Assembly: GCA_947169105.1 (NCBI GenBank) | Contig: CAMVOL010000004.1 | Span: 40,656 to 104,655, forward strand | DNA from: an uncultured Bacteroidales bacterium | GTDB lineage: Bacteria > Bacteroidota > Bacteroidia > Bacteroidales > WCHB1-69 | Length of the DNA stretch: 64,000 nucleotides | Direction: 5' to 3' | Shown: positions 62,413 through 64,000 of the stretch, piece after piece | How positions within the stretch are numbered: the stretch's first letter is position 1 | Layout: the number at the start of each line of letters is the position of its first letter | The notes under the pieces: generated by a model | What the model was told of the DNA's origin: nothing | Databases searched by the model: none | The model's input: only the letters and a program-made list of their open reading frames with translations | Translations under genes and position numbers: made by a program

Positions 62413-64000
62413 GTGAAACGAATTTTCCTGCTGGTATGGATGCTGACGGTGCTGATGTCCGTCCGGGCGATTGACCCGCCGCAGTTGCGCTGCCTCGCCG
62501 TGGATGCGACGGGCGCGGTGACACTGACGTGGGTGCCACCTGCCAATACCACCGGTTTTACGAATTACGAGATTTTCTATTCCATTGTCGGAACGACATT
62601 TACGTCCGTCGGACAGGTGAATGATGTCACGGCCACGACGTTCATCCATACCACTGCCGATGCCATCAATAACGCCCGTTGCTACTACTATGTGACGGCA
62701 GTGGCAGGTACGCAGTCCGCCTCCTCCGACACGCTGGCTCCCATTGAGTTATACCTCACCAACGGGAACGGTACCGCCATTCTCAACTGGGATGCCCCGC
62801 ACGCTCCGGCACTCCCTTCATTTGCAGATGCTTACGATATTTTGCGGGAATATCCCGCCACCGTCTGGAACACGATTGGTTCAACATCGGCTCTTGTGTA
62901 TCGCAACGTGACGGATGTATGCGAGGCCACCATCGGCTACCGTGTCGAGCTGGCCGATGCCTCGGGATGTCGCAATGTCTCCCGTCCGCTGCACGACATC
63001 TTCACCGACCGCACTCCACCCGAAATTCCGCAGTTGGACAGTGTTTCCGTGAACTTCCTCACCGACCGCATCCATCTCGGCTGGGAGCGCTCCGGCAACG
63101 AGGATGTCACAGCCTACATCATCTACCATTATGAAAATGGGCTGTGGGTGCCGATTGATACCGTTTACGACATCGACAACACCTCTTGGTCGGATATGGA
63201 AAACGCCGCCGATGCGACGCAGCAGTATCGTATTGCCGCTCTCGACAGCTGCCTCAATTCCAGTCCGATGACCGACCCGCAGCACAACATCCGTGCCACC
63301 GCCACCTACGACCTCTGCCGTCGGGAGGCCTACATCTCGTGGGACGAGTACGAAAACCTGCCGCCCGACATCGAAAGCTACCGGATTTATTTCTCGGAAA
63401 ATGGTGGCCCGCTGCAACTGGCAGGCGAGGTGCCGTCCAACGCCCGCAACTTCACAATGGAGCAGTTGGTGCCGCAGAGCCGCTATAGTGTCATCGTCCG
63501 TGCCGTGAACCTCGGCGGCAACATTACGGCGGCCTCCCTCAAATGCTCCTTCACGTTCAATTCCGCCGACAACAACGATTTCGCCTACATCCGTTACGTG
63601 ACGGTGGCGGAAAATTCCAAGATTGAAATCAAAGTTTCGACGGGAACTACCGTTTCTTTCTCGCAAGTCCACCTCTATCGCAGCGTGGGCGACGACCAGC
63701 ATTTTGAGCCGCTCGCCTCGCAGCTCAACAACGGTACCGATACATATATTTTTATAGATGAGGATGTTCAGGTGGATAGGACAATCTATTACTATCGGGC
63801 CACCGTGGAAAACGACTGCAACGTGGAGACCGCCACTTCCAATGTGGCACACAATATCCTGCTGACGGGCGCGTCGTCCCGCAACTCCCGAGACAATAAC
63901 CTGCAATGGAACTTTTATGGCGACTGGGCGGGCGGCACCGACCACTACGAGGTGTACCGCAAGACTGAGATGCACCGCGCGTATGCCTCCATCGGGGGTA
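62413..64000 (+). CDS. 5' part of a large secreted FN3-like repeat protein, continuing beyond the window
   Basis: Frame 1 has no stop from GTG 62413 to the window end (checked codon by codon). (V/M)KRIFLLVWMLTVLMSVRA is a signal peptide. FN3-like units recur (..VTLTWVPP..YEIFYS.., ..IHLGWERS..AYIIYHY.., ..YRIYFSE..RYSVIVRAVN). It is not in the ORF track because it has no stop in the window. Confidence 0.7.
   Translation, partial: MKRIFLLVWMLTVLMSVRAIDPPQLRCLAVDATGAVTLTWVPPANTTGFTNYEIFYSIVGTTFTSVGQVNDVTATTFIHTTADAINNARCYYYVTAVAGTQSASSDTLAPIELYLTNGNGTAILNWDAPHAPALPSFADAYDILREYPATVWNTIGSTSALVYRNVTDVCEATIGYRVELADASGCRNVSRPLHDIFTDRTPPEIPQLDSVSVNFLTDRIHLGWERSGNEDVTAYIIYHYENGLWVPIDTVYDIDNTSWSDMENAADATQQYRIAALDSCLNSSPMTDPQHNIRATATYDLCRREAYISWDEYENLPPDIESYRIYFSENGGPLQLAGEVPSNARNFTMEQLVPQSRYSVIVRAVNLGGNITAASLKCSFTFNSADNNDFAYIRYVTVAENSKIEIKVSTGTTVSFSQVHLYRSVGDDQHFEPLASQLNNGTDTYIFIDEDVQVDRTIYYYRATVENDCNVETATSNVAHNILLTGASSRNSRDNNLQWNFYGDWAGGTDHYEVYRKTEMHRAYASIGG

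Noticed and set aside
62881-63975. 364-aa - strand ORF near the right end of the window
   Set aside because: It is antisense to a stop-free + strand frame (62413-64000) that has a signal peptide and FN3-like periodicity. The - strand translation is V/G/R/H-rich with no recognisable domain.
1-64000. Search by eye for tRNA, rRNA, tmRNA, transposase, integrase and cas genes
   Set aside because: No T-loop/acceptor-type tRNA signatures (GGTTCGAATCC-like in a proper context), rRNA segments, DDE/tyrosine-recombinase-like ORFs or cas-like ORFs were recognised. A tRNAscan/Infernal run would be needed to exclude small RNAs formally.

Overview
This is a chromosomal window from a Bacteroidota genome, Bacteroidales and Prevotella-like in style. 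About twenty genes are preceded by the TAnnTTTG -7 box and leaders lack Shine-Dalgarno sequences. Many products have signal or lipoprotein peptides, and at least four carry T9SS C-terminal sorting domains (CTDs). The backbone is housekeeping: rocD, ferritin, ribBA, apbE, trxB, pth, moxR-DUF58, ridA, asd, lgt, pheS, cyclophilin, a DUF2723 membrane protein, rnr, serC-serA and mltG. Unusual content: (1) A 2,974-aa T9SS cargo protein (C10 peptidase, FN3, beta-helix, tandem ~60-aa Cys modules) sits next to a T9SS esterase that shares the same Cys module. (2) An AT-rich islet of about 3.6 kb (roughly 24.5-28.0 kb) holds a Panacea/DUF4065-type antitoxin candidate with an unassigned 145-aa partner. 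Divergent from that pair is a five-cassette array: two MLGAII mini-peptides, a 69-aa ORF, a secreted 170-aa protein and a NERD+Zn-ribbon protein. Every cassette junction carries a conserved ~34-bp GTGA...AAC repeat. (3) MntA/HepT is followed by a translationally coupled secreted protein of 18-aa repeats, a sigma-54-like -24/-12 element and an ECF sigma factor. (4) A HigBA pair. (5) Several intergenic repeat families. Inverted repeats bracket whole genes (trxB, and a four-helix-bundle 'IVS protein' gene inserted between serC and serA), and a homologous long-hairpin module sits inside two operons. No tRNA, rRNA, CRISPR array, transposase or integrase was recognised. Two real ORFs are missing from the ORF track because they run off the window (1-159 and 62413-64000). 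Several track starts are TTG/GTG longest-ORF extensions, which I trimmed. All family assignments are by-eye motif recognition, not database searches.
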